64,000 nucleotides of DNA from Candidatus Eiseniibacteriota bacterium (GTDB lineage Bacteria > Eisenbacteria > RBG-16-71-46): positions 1-64,000 of the forward strand of contig JBGAML010000023.1 in the NCBI GenBank assembly GCA_044223005.1. The letters are read 5' to 3'. Shown here piece by piece: positions 59,765 through 64,000 of this stretch (the first letter of the stretch is position 1; the number at the start of each line of letters is the position of its first letter). The position numbers were made by a program, and so were the translations under genes. The notes under the pieces were generated by a model. The model did not search any database. It was not told where the DNA came from and was given only the letters and a program-made list of their open reading frames with translations.

Positions 59765-60751
59765 ATGGACCTGCTGGTGCTGGGCGGCACCCGTTTCGCG
59801 GGCCGCTTCTTCGTCGAGGGCGCGCTGGCCGCGGGCCACCGCGTGACCGTGTTCCACCGCGGCACCACCGGCGCGGACCTGCACCCCGGCGCGGAGCGGC
59901 TGCTCGGCGACCGCGACGGCGGCCTCGGCGTCCTCGCCGGCCGTCGCTGGGACGCCGCGATCGACTTCTGCGGCTACGTACCGCGCGTGGTCGGCGCGGG
60001 CGTCGCCGTTCTGCGCGACGCGGTGCCGCACTACACGTTCGTCTCGAGCGTCTCGGCGTACGCCGAGCCGGTACCCCCGGACGCCACGGAAGACGCGCCG
60101 CTCGCGACGCTGGCCGATCCCGCCGTCGAGGAGATCACGGGCGAGACCTACGGCGGGCTCAAGGCCGCCTGCGAGGCGGTGGTGCACGCCGGCTTCCCGG
60201 GCCGCTCGCTGGTCGTGCGGCCGGGGCTGATCGTGGGGCCGAACGATCCCACGGACCGCTTTCCCTACTGGCCGCGGCGGCTCGCGCGGGGCGGGCGCGT
60301 GCTGGTCCCCGATGTCCCCGCGCTCCCGGTGCAGGTGATCGACGCCCGCGACCTCGCCGGCTGGATGCTGGCGCAGGTCGAGGGGAAGACCACCGGCACG
60401 TTCAACGCCGTCGGCCCGCGGGCGCCGCTCGCGCTGCGCGAATGCCTCGAGCGGATCCGCGCCGCCGTGGGCTCGGACGCCACGTTCGAGTGGGTGGACG
60501 AATCGTTCCTGGTCGCGCGCGGCGTGCTGCCGTGGATGGAGATCCCGCTCTGGCTGCACGGGGCGGAGTCCGGCGACACATTCTCGGGTGCCCGCGCGTG
60601 GGCCAGCGGGCTTTTTCCCCGGCCGCTCGAGGACACCGCGCGCGACACGCTGGCGTGGGACCTCGCGCGAGTGGGCGATGCGCATCCGGCCTCGCCGGCG
60701 CTCACGCCGGAACGCGAGGCGGAACTGCTGCGGGAGTGGGACGCGCGCTGA
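59765..60751 (+). CDS. NAD-dependent epimerase/dehydratase (atypical SDR)
   Basis: GGTRFAG, YGGLK, RPGLIVGP, IDARDLA. Confidence 0.9.
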   Translation: MDLLVLGGTRFAGRFFVEGALAAGHRVTVFHRGTTGADLHPGAERLLGDRDGGLGVLAGRRWDAAIDFCGYVPRVVGAGVAVLRDAVPHYTFVSSVSAYAEPVPPDATEDAPLATLADPAVEEITGETYGGLKAACEAVVHAGFPGRSLVVRPGLIVGPNDPTDRFPYWPRRLARGGRVLVPDVPALPVQVIDARDLAGWMLAQVEGKTTGTFNAVGPRAPLALRECLERIRAAVGSDATFEWVDESFLVARGVLPWMEIPLWLHGAESGDTFSGARAWASGLFPRPLEDTARDTLAWDLARVGDAHPASPALTPEREAELLREWDAR

Positions 60752-60755
60752 GCCG

Positions 60756-61268
60756 TCAGGGGGTGCGGCGACTCCCGGAACGGGCGAGCGTGCGGTAGCG
60801 GCGCGCGGGCGGCTCGGCCGGGTGCCAGAGTTCGCCGTGGACGGGATCACGGACCTCGAGGAAGCGGAAGCGGCGCATGCCGGGGTCCGACGAGAGCAGC
60901 TCGCGCACGCCGTGCTCGCGCAGCACCACCGCCACCTCGAACCCGGGCGCCAGCGGTCCGGGCTCGCCGCGCAGCATCTCGATCACGTCGGCCGCCGCGC
61001 CCCCGTGCCCGGCACCGGCGCCGAGGAAGCGCAACGAGTGGCTGCGCCCCAGCTCCTCGACGAATGCCCACGCGTCCGCCGGGCGCAGTGCCCGCGCCAC
61101 GCCGTGCGGGTGGGTGACGCGCTGGAGCAGCTCGTGCACGGCGGGCCACGGCACCGCCCACGGGCGGTCCCCGTTCGCCAGCTCGTCGATCACCGCCAGC
61201 GCGCGGGCGTGCTCGGGCGCGTAGCGATTCAGGGCATACGCGAGGATGCTCGTGTCGACCGCGCGCAT
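60756..61268 (-). CDS. vapC: PIN-domain VapC-family toxin
   Basis: VDTSILAYA, E...VTHP, REHGVRELLSSD. Confidence 0.85.
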   Translation of the reverse strand: MRAVDTSILAYALNRYAPEHARALAVIDELANGDRPWAVPWPAVHELLQRVTHPHGVARALRPADAWAFVEELGRSHSLRFLGAGAGHGGAAADVIEMLRGEPGPLAPGFEVAVVLREHGVRELLSSDPGMRRFRFLEVRDPVHGELWHPAEPPARRYRTLARSGSRRTP

Positions 61269-61504
61269 CAGGATTCCTCCTCGAGCCGCACCGTGCCCGG
61301 GTCACGACGCGCCGGATCGGCGAGGAACGGCCCCAAGTCGTAGGAGGGGAGCTTCACGCGCGCGCGCCGATGCACGGCCGCCGACTCGAGGCCGAGCCGC
61401 AACAGCTGTTCGAGCACGTCGGTGAACGTGCGACCTTCGTGCGCCGCGCGACGGCGCAGCTCCGCATGCAGCGCGGGGTCCAGGACCAGCGTGGTTCGCT
61501 TCAT
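61268..61504 (-). CDS. vapB: Ribbon-helix-helix VapB-type antitoxin
   Basis: MKRTTLVLDPALHAELRRRAAHEGRT...LLRLGL; stop overlaps the vapC start. Confidence 0.82.
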   Translation of the reverse strand: MKRTTLVLDPALHAELRRRAAHEGRTFTDVLEQLLRLGLESAAVHRRARVKLPSYDLGPFLADPARRDPGTVRLEEES

Positions 61505-61634
61505 ATGTAAAAGCATAACATCATGATCACGGCCCCGTCGCCCGGCGATTTTCGGGTTGAGCGCCGCGGCGGCGCGGGGCATCCTGCCGGGCATGGGCAG
61601 TTCGTTTGCGACCCACCCCTCGACAGGAGCCTCG

Positions 61635-62939
<1,305 letters not shown>

Positions 62940-62963
62940 CTCGCCCGAGTTCCCGCACATCGC

Positions 62964-62997
62964 ACGCCCCGGTGGCCCGTCCGGCCGCCGGGGCGTT
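62964..62997. terminator. Hairpin between convergent ahcY and S41 peptidase
   Basis: ACGCCCCGGTGGCC...GGCCGCCGGGGCGT. Confidence 0.6.
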
Positions 62998-63026
62998 GCG
63001 CTTGCGCGAGCGCCGCGCGGCCGGGC

Positions 63027-64000
63027 TCAGTGCGCGACGAGGGACCGACGAGCCAGCGCCAGCGCCGTGGCCAGGACGCGATCTTCCCCCGAGACGATGT
63101 CCTCGCGCGTGCGGCGCACGAGCACGTGGGGGGCGATCCCGACGCCCTCGAACGTCGAGCCATCCGGGAAGTAGGCACGCCGCGCGCCGACCGAGGCCCG
63201 CATGCCGGCGCCGAGATCGGTGAAGACGGGCTGTCCGGTCGAGCCGAGCGTGGTGTCCCCGACCACGGTGGCCCGCTTCGCCCACACGAGAGGCATCAGG
63301 AAATCCTCGCACGAGGAGGCGCACCCCCCGTCGGTCAGCACGAACAGGGCACCGTCATAGCTCGGGCGCACGACCTCCGCACGCTTGGCCGCCGCGCCGA
63401 TGCGGTCGAAGAAGGACTCCGGAGCACGATCGGGATCGATCTTCCACCACGTGTAGGGCCGGTTCCCGAGCAGGGTCTTCGTGAGGCGACGAGGCGTGTC
63501 GCCACCCCCGTTGCCACGAACGTCCACGATCAGCGCCCGCGCGTGGGCGTATCGGGTACGCAGGAGTTCGATCGCCTGGTTCTCGACCGAGGGACCATCG
63601 AACCCCCGAATGGCGAGGTAGGCAATCGAGTCCCCGGTCAGCCAGCGGTCCTCGATCGGGGAGGGCGGGGACGCTGGCCGCGCCGGGCTCTCGGCGCGGC
63701 GCTCGATCCGCAGCGTGCGATGATCGGCGGTCGTCAACGTGAACGCCCGCGGCCAGAGGAAGCCGCGCGCGGTCAGCTGCAAACGTCGCGCCCGGTCGCT
63801 CGAGGCGCACAAGTAGGGCTCGACCGAGGCGTAGAACGACTCGATCGGCTGGTCGTCGACCCGGGCGATCTCCGATCCGACCGGCAGCTCGGGCCGGGCC
63901 GAACGCGTGACGATCCACGCACGGCCCACCGGCGCGAGATCGAACCCGAGCCGCAGGGAGTCCAGTTCCAGCATCCACGGATCGGAAAAGGTGGTGTGGC
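63027..64000 (-). CDS. S41 family peptidase, 5'-truncated by the window edge
   Basis: PDZ-like region, IAYLAI..F, DVRGNGGG, ASSCE, VVGDTTLG, EGVGIAP; frame stays open to the window end. Confidence 0.88.
   Translation of the reverse strand, partial: HTTFSDPWMLELDSLRLGFDLAPVGRAWIVTRSARPELPVGSEIARVDDQPIESFYASVEPYLCASSDRARRLQLTARGFLWPRAFTLTTADHRTLRIERRAESPARPASPPSPIEDRWLTGDSIAYLAIRGFDGPSVENQAIELLRTRYAHARALIVDVRGNGGGDTPRRLTKTLLGNRPYTWWKIDPDRAPESFFDRIGAAAKRAEVVRPSYDGALFVLTDGGCASSCEDFLMPLVWAKRATVVGDTTLGSTGQPVFTDLGAGMRASVGARRAYFPDGSTFEGVGIAPHVLVRRTREDIVSGEDRVLATALALARRSLVAH

Noticed and set aside
61530..61634. SAH riboswitch upstream of ahcY
   Set aside because: Consensus elements were not found; the region is accounted for by two divergent promoters.

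Overview
High-GC bacterial chromosomal window of roughly 60 genes from a diderm, LPS-producing organism. The gene order and a secreted repeat protein with a FlgD/T9SS-like C-terminal Ig domain suggest Ca. Eisenbacteria or a related lineage; this taxonomy is inference only. Content is mostly housekeeping: ppiD/surA-like chaperone, PAS kinase plus sigma54 activator, paiB-uvrA-yciI-rtcB, PIG-L deacetylase plus symporter, sdhCAB, radical SAM plus RNase E/G, rplU-rpmA, mdh, kdsB-pyrG-kdsA-kdsC-kdsD, lptC-lptB-rpoN-hpf-hprK-mannose-class PTS-pgi/pmi-metK, an M16 protease pair, vapBC and ahcY. No rRNA, canonical tRNA, CRISPR array or transposase was seen. The most notable non-obvious signals are: (1) a sigma54 promoter with enhancer-like repeats directly behind the sigma54 activator gene, apparently driving a 22-aa Lys/Ala micro-protein (MAAKKKAAKKKATKKKAAKKKK) that the ORF track misses; (2) a tRNA-like structured leader before the radical SAM-RNase E/G genes; (3) a sigma54 site abutting the housekeeping promoter of the rpoN operon; (4) an HNH nuclease with a RuvA-domain-III-like tail; (5) an apparently non-catalytic eIF2B-like gene attached to sdhCAB. 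All assignments come from reading motifs by eye; no searches were run.
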